The notes beneath the pieces were generated by a model, which saw only the letters and a list, made by a program, of their open reading frames with translations, ran no database searches and was not told the DNA's origin. Shown piece by piece: positions 23,205 to 32,412 of a stretch of DNA of 64,000 nt (position 1 is the stretch's first letter; the number at the start of each line of letters is the position of its first letter). The stretch spans positions 672,001 through 736,000 of the forward strand of contig CAWGRW010000009.1 in NCBI GenBank assembly GCA_963825135.1, in the 5' to 3' direction. The position numbers and the translations under genes were made by a program. Source of the stretch: an uncultured bacterium. GTDB lineage: Bacteria > Desulfobacterota_D > UBA1144 > Nemesobacterales > UBA2774.

Positions 23205-23516
23205 TTAACTATACTTCTTGACGGCCTTTTCGATGTCTTTCGTCGCTTTTTTCAGGTCATCCGGGATCATCGCCGGGCGAATCTCGACACTGGCGTTGAA
23301 TGCGAGGAACCAGGGCTCAGCCAGCGACGGTATCTGTGAAGCGTCCTTCATGTCGAGGAAAATCAAGCCCGTCCTCTGGCCGTTCATCTCGACAAAATAT
23401 GCCGCTTCAGGCTTTTGTTCGGCGAGAATCGATGCAACCGTTTTACCCAGGCTGCCTTTCTTGGCCGCCTCGTTGCCGGCCTCGACAGGAATAGAAACCT
23501 TCATAAAAAACCGCAT
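23205..23516 (-). CDS. small conserved alpha/beta protein (DUF3303/GYD-like)
   Basis: KPEAAYF...G.RTG...D..D.SQIP..AEP.F pattern; GAGGTG SD. Confidence 0.65.
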   Translation of the reverse strand: MRFFMKVSIPVEAGNEAAKKGSLGKTVASILAEQKPEAAYFVEMNGQRTGLIFLDMKDASQIPSLAEPWFLAFNASVEIRPAMIPDDLKKATKDIEKAVKKYS

Positions 23517-23636
23517 GGAGCACCTCTTTAAGTTTTATTTGTAGTGATAGTATTCCACTATAGGCAGTCAAGTACAACGAAAATTTTGGTACGGCGCGAA
23601 AGCGCTAACACGCTTGCTTACGCTATTTCGTTTTTA

Positions 23637-23858
23637 TCATTCGTCCGGCTTGGATACCGCGTTCTTAAGGGCGTCTGGTGTTGGGTGCGAATAACGCATG
23701 TTCATCTGGATTGAGGAGTGTCCAAGAAGTTTGGACACGGCCGCCAAATCGACTCCGGAGAGGGCCGGTAGAGGGGCGAATGTGTGTCTAAAGTCATGAG
23801 ATCGAGGATTTTTAATGCCTGCCCGATTACCGGGGTTTTTAAATGCGGTCCGAATAAC
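23637..23858 (-). pseudogene. tyrosine integrase C-terminal remnant
   Basis: RAGIKNPRSHDFRHTFA...GVDLAAVSKLLGHSSIQMNMRYSH; no N-terminal domains, because the upstream frame runs into tRNA-Leu. Confidence 0.82.
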
Positions 23859-23908
23859 ATTTGGGAATTTAAACCAAAGAGTAAAAACCTTCGTATTATC
23901 CCAAAGAA

Positions 23909-23992
23909 TGGGCAGGGAGGGAGTCGAACCCTCACGAGCGTGAGCCCAACGACTTTTGAGGCCGTCGCGTCTGCCGGTTCCGCCACCTGCCC
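23909..23992 (-). tRNA. tRNA-Leu(CAA), CCA not encoded
   Basis: GGGCAGGTGGCGGAACCGGCAGACGCGACGGCCT-CAA-AAGTCGT, long variable arm, GGTTCGACTCCCTCCCTGCCCA. Confidence 0.95.
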
Positions 23993-24075
23993 TTTTTAGT
24001 GGGAACATTATTATTCTCTGCAATATAAAAAGAATCAATAGGACGAGAACGGGAACGGGCGCTCGCGGACGAGGG

Positions 24076-24103
24076 TTGACATCAGATACTCTTCATGTAA
24101 CAT
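24076..24103 (+). promoter_or_regulatory. sigma70 promoter for aroF
   Basis: TTGACA-N16-TAACAT. Confidence 0.55.
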
Positions 24104-24157
24104 AACGTTTTTATTTACTTTTATTTTGCTTTTTAATAAGCGAAGGAGAATTCCACG

Positions 24158-25177
24158 ATGATAGTCGTAATGAAAAGCGGCGCTTCCAAGGAGCAGATTC
24201 AAAAGGCGGTATCCACGCTTGACGAGCTCGGATACAAGGCGCACCTGATAGAAGGGATATTAAGGACCGTCATAGGAGCGGTAGGGGACGAGAGGGGCAA
24301 GCCCCAGGACGTAGAAACGCTCAGCGTTCTCGAAGGGGTCGAAAAAGTCGTCCCCATACTCCAGCCCTATAAGATCGCTAGCCGCGATTTCAAGGCGGAA
24401 GACACGCATTTCACAATCGGCAATACCGTAGTCGGAGATACTAAAATCCCCGTGATCGCGGGGCCGTGCTCGGTGGAGAACGAAGAGCAGATAATGGAAA
24501 TTGCAAAAGCCGTAAAAGCGTCGGGGGCGAGCATGCTGAGGGGCGGCGCTTACAAGCCGAGGACATCGCCGTATGCCTTTCAGGGAATGGGTGTCGAGGG
24601 GCTTAAGCTGCTCGCGAAGGCGAGAGAGCTCACGGGGCTTCCGATAGTCACCGAGATCCTCGACTCGCATGACCTGGACGCTGTAGTAGAATATGCCGAC
24701 GTCCTTCAGATAGGAGCGAGGAACTCCCAGAACTACGCCCTTTTAAAACAGGTGGGGAAATCAAAAAAACCGGTGCTGCTTAAACGGGGAATGGCGACGA
24801 CGATCATGGAATTCCTGATGTGCGCGGAATATATACTCTCGGAGGGCAATGAAAAGGTCATACTATGCGAGAGGGGAATCAGGACGTTCGAGACAGCGAC
24901 CAGGAATACTTTTGACCTGAACGCCATACCGGTGCTGAAAGAAAAGACTCACCTTCCGGTATTCGCAGACCCGAGCCACGGGACCGGCTACTGGCAGTAT
25001 GTGACGCCCATGGCGCTCGCGGCGATAGCCGCCGGGGCGGACGGGCTCATAATCGAGGTGCATAACAACCCGGCTGTCGCCATCAGCGACGGCGGACAGT
25101 CGCTCAAGCCTAAAAAGTTTTCTATTCTGATGGAAAAGGCCGCCCCTGTGGCGCGCGCGGTCGGAAGGGAAATATAA
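24158..25177 (+). CDS. aroF: DAHP synthase, type I-beta, with N-terminal regulatory domain
   Basis: [42 protein letters not shown]. Confidence 0.96.
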   Translation: MIVVMKSGASKEQIQKAVSTLDELGYKAHLIEGILRTVIGAVGDERGKPQDVETLSVLEGVEKVVPILQPYKIASRDFKAEDTHFTIGNTVVGDTKIPVIAGPCSVENEEQIMEIAKAVKASGASMLRGGAYKPRTSPYAFQGMGVEGLKLLAKARELTGLPIVTEILDSHDLDAVVEYADVLQIGARNSQNYALLKQVGKSKKPVLLKRGMATTIMEFLMCAEYILSEGNEKVILCERGIRTFETATRNTFDLNAIPVLKEKTHLPVFADPSHGTGYWQYVTPMALAAIAAGADGLIIEVHNNPAVAISDGGQSLKPKKFSILMEKAAPVARAVGREI

Positions 25178-25181
25178 GGGA

Positions 25182-25784
25182 TTAATTTACCGCGAGCACC
25201 CTCCTGCCCTCAATCCTGAATTTACCTGAAGCGATAAGTTTTAAAGCCTCCGGATAGATTCTGTGCTCCTCTTTGTGTATCCGCTCAAGCAGGCTCTCTT
25301 CATCGTCGTCGTCCCGTACGGGCACGACGGCCTGAAGTATAGTCGGGCCGGTATCGACCCCTTCGTCCACGAAATGAACCGTGCATCCCGAGAACTTCAC
25401 GCCGCTCTCGAGCGCCTGCCTCGCAGCGTGCATCCCCGGAAACAAAGGGAGAAGGGCGGGATGGATGTTCAGGATCCTGTTTTTATATGCCTTCACAAAA
25501 TATGGTGAGAGTATCCTCATAAACCCCGCGAGCGCTATCAGATCGACGCCGTACGGTTCGAGCAGCTCGAGGACGCGCTTATCATATTCCTCCCTGCCCG
25601 AATAATCCCTGTGATCCGCGATCTCGAAGGGGATGCCGTGCTTCTTCGCCCGCTCGAGCGCATAGGCGTCGGGATTATTGCTCAGCACGAGCGCAATTTC
25701 GACGTTCGGAATCCCTGCGTCTATGATCGCCTGGAGATTAGTGCCGCTGCCCGAAACGAACACGGCGAGCCTTGTTTTCCTCAC
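25182..25784 (-). CDS. purN: phosphoribosylglycinamide formyltransferase
   Basis: SGSGTNLQAI, LAGFMRIL, LNIHPALLP.FPG, GCTVHFV...DTGP. Confidence 0.97.
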   Translation of the reverse strand: MRKTRLAVFVSGSGTNLQAIIDAGIPNVEIALVLSNNPDAYALERAKKHGIPFEIADHRDYSGREEYDKRVLELLEPYGVDLIALAGFMRILSPYFVKAYKNRILNIHPALLPLFPGMHAARQALESGVKFSGCTVHFVDEGVDTGPTILQAVVPVRDDDDEESLLERIHKEEHRIYPEALKLIASGKFRIEGRRVLAVN

Positions 25785-25943
25785 GGAATTACCTCACCCG
25801 GACTAGAGAATGAAGACCTGGAAAAATAGTACATAAGAGGCTCGAACAAAACAAACAGAGCCCGGCCCGGCGGCCCGACGATAAAATACCGGCCGCGCAA
25901 TTTTGCTATGTTCGGGGGGATCAAAAAGGGCAAAAAAAAAGAA

Positions 25944-26061
25944 CCAAGGCAGCTTCCTACTTTCCCACTCCCGTACAGGAGCAGTATCATCGGCCTCGAA
26001 GAGCTTAACTTCCGGGTTCGGAATGGGACCGGGTGTGACCTCTTCAGTATTACCACCTAGA
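25944..26061 (-). rRNA. rrf: 5S rRNA (stand-alone)
   Basis: CTAGGTGGTAATACTGAAGAGGTCACACCCGGTCCCATTCCGAACCCGGAAGTTAAGCTCTTC...GTGGGAAAGTAGGAAGCTGCCTTGG. Confidence 0.95.
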
Positions 26062-26072
26062 TTCCGGGATAT

Positions 26073-26100
26073 AATTTACACAAGATTTTATACGTGTCAA
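26073..26100 (-). promoter_or_regulatory. dedicated sigma70 promoter of the 5S gene
   Basis: Minus strand TTGACA-N16-TAAATT, ending 11 nt before the 5S 5' end. Confidence 0.65.
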
Positions 26101-26152
26101 GAACCGGAGTTGAATCACGGCTCTAAAGATGATTTAATTCTAACAGACGGCC

Positions 26153-27010
26153 ATGGATGAGTTATTAAAGGGGTTTATAGCCTCGCTTAACAGAAGGGAG
26201 ACCACCAGGGACACCTACCGAAAGGCCCTCGGCGAGTATTCTAAATGGCTCGGGGGAGCCTCTCCCCTGGCAATCGAATCAAACGACATACAACGGTATA
26301 AGGATTACATCGTCTCAAAAAATTTGTCCCCCGCCTCCATGTCGGCATACCTCACAGCAGTGAGGAGGTTCTACGTATACCTCCTTTCCGCGGGCCGGAT
26401 AAAGGAAAACCCGGCAAGCAGGATAAAGGGCGCCCCCCGGCCCAGAAGGCACCTGACGGACCCGATTTCACGAAGAGAGGTCGAGAGGCTCATTTACGCG
26501 GCCGACGCATCAAGCCCCCTCGGACGGAGGGACGGGGCGATTCTCAACCTGATGGTCAGATCGGGGTTGAGCGAGATAGAGATAGTAAGGTCGAATCTCG
26601 GGGATTTGAAATACAGAGGCGGGAAAAGGGTAATTTATGTCCAGGGAAAGAGCAGGGACAGGAAGGACGAATACGTCGTACTGAGCGGGCCAGTCGAGGA
26701 ATCGCTCAGGGTTTATCTTGAAGAAAGAGGGGCATCGGGCCCGGACGAGCCGCTATTCTGGGGGGTAGGCAACAGGGCGGTGAGAGAGAGGATATCCACG
26801 AGGGGGTTGAGAGCGCGGATAAGCCGCTATTTCGAGATCGCCGGAATCAAGAAGAAAGGGATAACACCCGCGAGTCTCAGGCACACGGCGGCGATGCTCG
26901 CGATAGAAGACGGGGCCACCGTTTCCGAGATACAGCGAATGCTCAGGCTCGGAACCACCGAATCCGCCATACAGTATTTCGAGGAAGCAAGGGAATTGAC
27001 GAGGAAGTAA
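26153..27010 (+). CDS. XerC/D-like tyrosine recombinase-family protein with substituted catalytic residues
   Basis: SAM-like N domain (T..TY..AL, LSPAS..YL.AVRRFY..L, NPA); catalytic boxes read SGLSEIE, QGKS, TPASLRH and MLRLGT..AIQY. Confidence 0.85.
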   Translation: MDELLKGFIASLNRRETTRDTYRKALGEYSKWLGGASPLAIESNDIQRYKDYIVSKNLSPASMSAYLTAVRRFYVYLLSAGRIKENPASRIKGAPRPRRHLTDPISRREVERLIYAADASSPLGRRDGAILNLMVRSGLSEIEIVRSNLGDLKYRGGKRVIYVQGKSRDRKDEYVVLSGPVEESLRVYLEERGASGPDEPLFWGVGNRAVRERISTRGLRARISRYFEIAGIKKKGITPASLRHTAAMLAIEDGATVSEIQRMLRLGTTESAIQYFEEARELTRK

Positions 27011-27057
27011 TATGATTTGATCCGACGCCGCGCAGCCCGGGGAAACGCGCTCACGGA

Positions 27058-28648
27058 TTAAGCCTTTTCGAGATAGCTCTTAATAGGATAGACCCTTCCG
27101 GCCCTTTTTAATTTCTTTATCGCTTTCACTTCGATCTGCCTTATCCTCTCGCGCGTCACCTTGAATTCGTGCCCGACCTCTTCGAGCGTATGCTCCTTTT
27201 CATCGTCTATGCCGAAACGGAGCCTCACGATACTTTCCTCCCTCGTATTCAGCACGGAAGAGAGGGCGTTGTTGATTATCTCCTTGAGCTCGCTCATCTC
27301 GAGGACCTTTACAGGCGAAGTCGTATTCGAGTCCTCGATGAGGTCGACGAGCTTGCTGTCCTCCTCGTCCCCTATCGGGGTCTCGAGAGAGATCGGGTCT
27401 TTCGAAATCTTGAGCACGCGCGCGACCTTGTCGGACTGCATGCCCACCTTCTCCGCTATCTCTTCGGGAAGCGGTTCGCGCCCCAGGTCCTGAACCAGGA
27501 GCCTCGAGGTCCTGACTATCCGGTTTATGGTTTCCGTCATATGGACCGGTATCCTGATAATCCTCGACTGGTCGGCAAGGGATCTGGTTATCGCCTGCCG
27601 TATCCACCAGGTCGCATAAGTGGAAAACTTGTATCCCCTGTTGTATTCGAATTTTTCGACTGCCCTCATCAGGCCCATATTGCCTTCCTGGATGAGGTCG
27701 AGGAACGGGAGACCCCGGTTTATGTAACGCCTGGCAATGCTTACTACGAGACGCAGGTTGGACTCTATCAGCTTCCTCCTCGCCCTGTGCGTCATCTGCT
27801 CCCCGAACTCCAATCTCCTGAGCGATTTCTTTAGCAGTCCGGTGTCCGTATCCGAATCGTCAAAGAACTCCTCCATGGTTCCCTTGAGGGCTTTCTTGGC
27901 TTTCGACAACGCGGACTTCTTCTTATGGCTCAGAACCTCCAATTCGCGCCTGAGCTTCTCGATCCTGTCGATATAACCCTTGGCGACGGAGAGTATCCTT
28001 TCCATCTGAGTCCCGTTCAGGTTTATATCTTCAAGGTAGCCCAGCATTTTATCGTTATTCTTCTTTATCCTCTCAAGAGTGACCTTCTTCTTTTCTGATG
28101 GAAGCGGAGACGAGCTCTTTTTTTGCGAGCTCGTTGTCCTCGTTTAATTTATTTATCGCTATCAAAGAATTCCTTATCCCCAGCTGAACCTCTTCCTCGA
28201 CGGCATTGTCCGCGTCATCCAGGGAATTCGTTATGTCCCTTACGTTCAGGCTCCCTTTCTGAAGCTCGTCTCCCAGCCTTATTATCTCTTTTAACATCAA
28301 TGAAGAACCCAGGATAGCTTTGGCGACGATCCTTTTACCCGTCTCGATTTCTTTCGCTATTCTTATTTCCTGCTCCCTCGAAAGCAGGGAATGGTCCGCT
28401 ATTTCGTGGAGGTAAAACCTGATCAGGTCGTATTCGTTCGTATTATCTTTTGCATCATTCAGACCGAATCCGTATTTGACCGTGGTTTCCTGAACTTCCT
28501 CGTCCGTGAACTCCACGTCGTCCTGCTCCTCGGCGAAAATGACGTCGTCCTCGATCTTGTCTTCTTTCGCGGACTCTATAACCGGACCGGGGTCGATGTC
28601 GTCATTGGCGATCCTGATTTGAAAGCCGCTCTTCTTTTTGTTTCTCAT
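27058..28648 (-). pseudogene. rpoD: RNA polymerase primary sigma factor RpoD, split by a +1 frameshift (probably sequencing error)
   Basis: Region 1.2 (DLIRFYLHEI..LLSREQE) is in ORF 28073-28648 and regions 2-4 ([36 protein letters not shown]) are in ORF 27058-28047. Removing one base from the T4 run at 28091-28094 joins them. Confidence 0.9.
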
Positions 28649-28667
28649 AGGGTCTCCCCTCTTCCGG

Positions 28668-30407
28668 TTATTTTTGTTTCATTAAATCCGTATATTCGGT
28701 CAGCAGACGTTTTTCGAGCTCAAAATTTTTACTTTTGACGGCATCATTCAGCCTGAGCCTCAGCGTCTTTAATTGCTCGTCCACCCTGGCGAGCTTCAAT
28801 TTCCCTAAACAGCTCTCGATCATTTTGACCGCGGTTTCCCTGTCGGAGATTCCCGGAGAAGACATGAGCGCTTCGGAAATGAGGCTCTGCGCCGCACTGC
28901 CCTGAAACAAGAGGAAAAGAGACGACATGTCGTGAACGCCGTTTATTACGATCTCTTCGAGAATCGACCTGACCTCAGGGTTCGTAACATACCCCTCCAG
29001 GTCCTCAGCCGCGATATTCGAGGAGAGATCCGGGAATTTGAGGAAAATATTGAGCAGCAGCTTTTCATGGTTGTTATGGACCTTTACAGCCTTAGTCCCG
29101 CCGGTCTTTCCCCGCCCCCTTCCGAGTCTGACGAGCGACAGCACTTCATTTTCCCCGAGCCCGAGCTTCTCGGCGGTCTTTCTTATAAAGCTGCTCCTGA
29201 GTATCGGGTCATTAACCTTAATCAGCACGTCGGCTATCTCTTTCACGCCGCTGTTTAAAGTGATTTCCCCGCGCCGATAATCTCCTATGGTGTTATCGAT
29301 GTAGAAATCGAGCAGCGAGGGAGATTCGTCCAGCAGTCTCTCGAATTCCCCTCTTCCCCTGACCGCGAGGAACGAGTCGGGGTCATTGCCCTCCGGAAGC
29401 AGCACCACGCTCGGGAGCAGCCCCTCTTCGAGAAAAACATCGAGCGACCTTACGGCGGCTTTTACGCCCGAATCATCGCCGTCGAAAACGACCACTATCC
29501 TGTCGGTATATCTCCTGAGCGTGACCACGTGGTCTCTCGTCAGCGACGTCCCCAGGGTCGCGACAACGTTTTTAACGCCGGCTGAGTAGAGGGACAGGAA
29601 ATCCGTATACCCCTCGACGATTATCGCCCTTTTATTTTTTCTGATGTGGTCCTTCGACCTGTCGAGCCCGTAGAAGTTCTTTCTCTTTTGATAGATCTCC
29701 GATTCGGGGGAATTGATATATTTAGGCTCGTCGCTTTCATTGATCCTTCTTCCGCCGAAGCCTATTATTTTTCCCTCCACGTTGGCGATCGGGAAAATAA
29801 TCCTGTTCCGGAATCTGTCATAGTATCCGTCGCCGCTGTTTTTCTTGACGACGAGGCCGATCTTCTCGGCCAGCGAAAGGGGGATATTATGCTTCGATAA
29901 ATATGTTACTAGATTGTCCCAGCCGTCCGGGGCGTAGCCCAGCTTGAACTCCTCTACAACCTGAGAGGGAATATTCCTTCCTTCCAGATAGAGCCTGGCC
30001 GAGTTGCCCTTACGGCTCTCGAGCAACGACCTGTGATAAAATCCGGACACGGCCGAATTTATTTTTAAAAAATTTCCGGTCTGTGACTTGCCTTTAACGG
30101 CGGGTGTGCTTTTTTCGATAGTGATGTTCGCGCGCTTGGCGAGGTCTGAAACCGCTTCGGGAAATGTAAGACCGTTATACCTCATGTAAAACCCCAGCAT
30201 GTCGCCCCCCGCGCCGCAGCTGAAACAATGGAACAGGCCTTTTTCCTCGTCTACGTGCATCGATGGGTTATGGTCGTCGTGAAAAGGGCAAAGGGCTACA
30301 AAACCCTTCCCCGTCTTTTTAATAGATGTGTAACCTTCAATGAGGTTAATAATGCTCAACCTCCTCTTTATTTCTTTAACGAGGAAATCATTGTTAAAAT
30401 TTACCAT
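28668..30407 (-). CDS. dnaG: DNA primase
   Basis: CPFH...CFSC zinc finger, DRFRNRIIFPI, KYINSPE, VEGYTD, FDGD..G, DPD. Confidence 0.97.
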   Translation of the reverse strand: MVNFNNDFLVKEIKRRLSIINLIEGYTSIKKTGKGFVALCPFHDDHNPSMHVDEEKGLFHCFSCGAGGDMLGFYMRYNGLTFPEAVSDLAKRANITIEKSTPAVKGKSQTGNFLKINSAVSGFYHRSLLESRKGNSARLYLEGRNIPSQVVEEFKLGYAPDGWDNLVTYLSKHNIPLSLAEKIGLVVKKNSGDGYYDRFRNRIIFPIANVEGKIIGFGGRRINESDEPKYINSPESEIYQKRKNFYGLDRSKDHIRKNKRAIIVEGYTDFLSLYSAGVKNVVATLGTSLTRDHVVTLRRYTDRIVVVFDGDDSGVKAAVRSLDVFLEEGLLPSVVLLPEGNDPDSFLAVRGRGEFERLLDESPSLLDFYIDNTIGDYRRGEITLNSGVKEIADVLIKVNDPILRSSFIRKTAEKLGLGENEVLSLVRLGRGRGKTGGTKAVKVHNNHEKLLLNIFLKFPDLSSNIAAEDLEGYVTNPEVRSILEEIVINGVHDMSSLFLLFQGSAAQSLISEALMSSPGISDRETAVKMIESCLGKLKLARVDEQLKTLRLRLNDAVKSKNFELEKRLLTEYTDLMKQK

Positions 30408-30447
30408 CTATCGACAATTCAAATTTTAAAGTGAACCTAGGATTCTC

Positions 30448-30469
30448 AAAGGAAAGGGCCCCAGCCCCG
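30448..30469 (-). terminator. possible weak terminator between rpsU and dnaG
   Basis: Minus strand GGGGC-TGGG-GCCCT followed by TTCCTTT; short stem only. Confidence 0.3.
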
Positions 30470-30541
30470 AATTCACGGAATATAGAATACAAAGTAGTGT
30501 CCCCCTACCGGTATTTATATATGTATTACTAAATAATAATG

Positions 30542-30733
30542 CTAGTTTTTTCTGATACGTTTTATTACGCGCTTCTTGGCGGCGAAAAGTTTTTTCTTCT
30601 TCCGCTCGCTCGGTTTTTCGTAATGTTCTCTCCTCCTTACTTCGGACAACACCCCTCCCTTCTCGACCTGCTTTTTAAACCTTTTAAGCGCGCTGTCTAT
30701 GCTTTCGTTGTTTCCGACCACAATTCCTGGCAT
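30542..30733 (-). CDS. rpsU: 30S ribosomal protein S21
   Basis: [17 protein letters not shown]...[25 protein letters not shown]17-TAATTT promoter at 30777-30805. Confidence 0.97.
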   Translation of the reverse strand: MPGIVVGNNESIDSALKRFKKQVEKGGVLSEVRRREHYEKPSERKKKKLFAAKKRVIKRIRKN

Positions 30734-30825
30734 TAATAAACTCCTCCCGATTTTTTATACGAGCCCTGAATAGAACAAATTAAAGGATTAGCAATAAATT
30801 GTCAAGTACACTGGGTACTTCCAAT

Positions 30826-31011
30826 TCACCGGTCCTTGTTTTTATCCGCTTTATTAAAAAACACCCCAAAATTCCTCATGTTTTCCTTTATCCTCTTTTC
30901 TTCCTCGGCCGGGTCCAGCCCCTCTCGCGCGTTTTCATCCTCCTGCCGATGCTCTTCAAACCTCTTCATCCATGAATCACGCTTTTTACGCACATCATCA
31001 ACGAGTCCCAT
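30826..31011 (-). CDS. small charged hypothetical protein (61 aa)
   Basis: Strong AAGGAGAGG SD; fills the gap between co-oriented genes. Confidence 0.6.
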   Translation of the reverse strand: MGLVDDVRKKRDSWMKRFEEHRQEDENAREGLDPAEEEKRIKENMRNFGVFFNKADKNKDR

Positions 31012-31054
31012 ACTATATCCTCTCCTTGAAATAGAATAACACAGGTATTAAGAC

Positions 31055-32398
31055 TTATCTCTCGCTTAGCTCCCTTCCTCCGCTCAATACGCTCGAAACG
31101 GAAACTATATCCACGCGATCGCTGATTTTCGGCATCATTTCGGCCAGGGCTTGAACCGTACCGGGGTACGGGTGGCATATGCCTATCGCGTAACCGTTTT
31201 TCTCCGACATCTCAATGAGCTTCTCTATCTGAGACTTCACATACGAAGCCTCTTTGGACGAATTATCCAAAAATACATCCCTTTTGCCCGTTTTCATACC
31301 CATGTTTAAGGCCGTTTTGTATCCTACACTCCCGGACGACGTCAGGCTGTCTACAAAGAAGAGCCCCCGCCCCTTGATCTTTTCGAGGACCATCCGCATC
31401 AGTTCCTCGTTTTCCATGAATTTGGAACCCATATGGTTGTTCACGCCCTTGATGTAAGGTACCGCCGAAAGGTCTTTATCGAGCTGCGCCATGATAGCTT
31501 CCTTGGAAAGCCCCACAAGGAGGGCGCCCTCCCCCGCGTCAGTCCCCGTATATCCCGAGGATTCCATGGGCTCCATCGGGAGGTGGAGCATGATGTCCCA
31601 GCCCTTTTTCCGGGCGGCCTCGGCCGCGTACGCAGAATAGGGGAGATCGGGCAGGATAGAGAACGTGACCGGGTCCGGGAGCCCGACGAGCTTATCGACG
31701 GGCCATTTACTCATCCCGATATCGTCCACTATTATCGCGATCCGGGGCCTGGAAGAGCCGCCTTCCCTGATCTGGGAGCGCTCGACCGCTACGACCGGCT
31801 CCTTGGCCGGTCCGGGTTCCTTTTTAACACCCGGTTTTTCTTCAGCCCCGCCTTCCTTTTCTTTCGCTATTTCGGCCGGGGGCGATTTCCCGGATTCCGG
31901 CTCGAACTTTATCCTGTGAGTTTTAAAGCCGTACGATTTCAATTCCGCCGTTAGCGAATCACCCGAGCCTTCGAACCCCAGCTCATATGATTTTTTAGCG
32001 GCGAAAGACTTTTTAAAGACATTCGTTATCTTTTTGCCGCCGACCCCTTCCGGCGTGCTTACCCTTACGTCGCTATACTCCCATTTGATGCCGCCCTCCG
32101 CCCTTTTATATGCCTTTTTCGACTCGATGTCCTTGATCGAAATACCGAGGTCAAAGAAAGCGCCCGCGATAATACGGTCCGCCTCTTTTACGGCGGTGCT
32201 CATTTTTTGTGTTGTAACCGCGGGAGTGGACTCGCCGGAGGGTATATACTTTTTTAACTTATACAGACCGTAAAGACCCAATATCAGGACTACGACGAAC
32301 GAGAAGGCAAAGATGAAAATCCTGCCCGCATTCGTCTTCCTTCCGCCCTTTTTTCTTTCAGATCTTCTGGACTTGCTGTTCCGTGTCGATTTCGACAA
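31055..32398 (-). CDS. divergent polysaccharide deacetylase (YibQ/DUF610) with N-terminal membrane anchor
   Basis: IAIIVDDIG, LHLPMEP, NNHMGS, FFVDS.T, RDVFLD, AIGICHP. Confidence 0.92.
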   Translation of the reverse strand: MSKSTRNSKSRRSERKKGGRKTNAGRIFIFAFSFVVVLILGLYGLYKLKKYIPSGESTPAVTTQKMSTAVKEADRIIAGAFFDLGISIKDIESKKAYKRAEGGIKWEYSDVRVSTPEGVGGKKITNVFKKSFAAKKSYELGFEGSGDSLTAELKSYGFKTHRIKFEPESGKSPPAEIAKEKEGGAEEKPGVKKEPGPAKEPVVAVERSQIREGGSSRPRIAIIVDDIGMSKWPVDKLVGLPDPVTFSILPDLPYSAYAAEAARKKGWDIMLHLPMEPMESSGYTGTDAGEGALLVGLSKEAIMAQLDKDLSAVPYIKGVNNHMGSKFMENEELMRMVLEKIKGRGLFFVDSLTSSGSVGYKTALNMGMKTGKRDVFLDNSSKEASYVKSQIEKLIEMSEKNGYAIGICHPYPGTVQALAEMMPKISDRVDIVSVSSVLSGGRELSER

Positions 32399-32412
32399 AA
32401 GAAGGGCGCTCC

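Noticed and set aside
23637..24038. 133-aa ORF as an intact integrase
   Set aside because: Its N-terminal half is a translation of tRNA-Leu; only the last 70 or so codons resemble an integrase.
25781..26160. ORFs 25781-26056 (-) and 25903-26160 (+)
   Set aside because: They overlap the 5S rRNA gene and its promoter.
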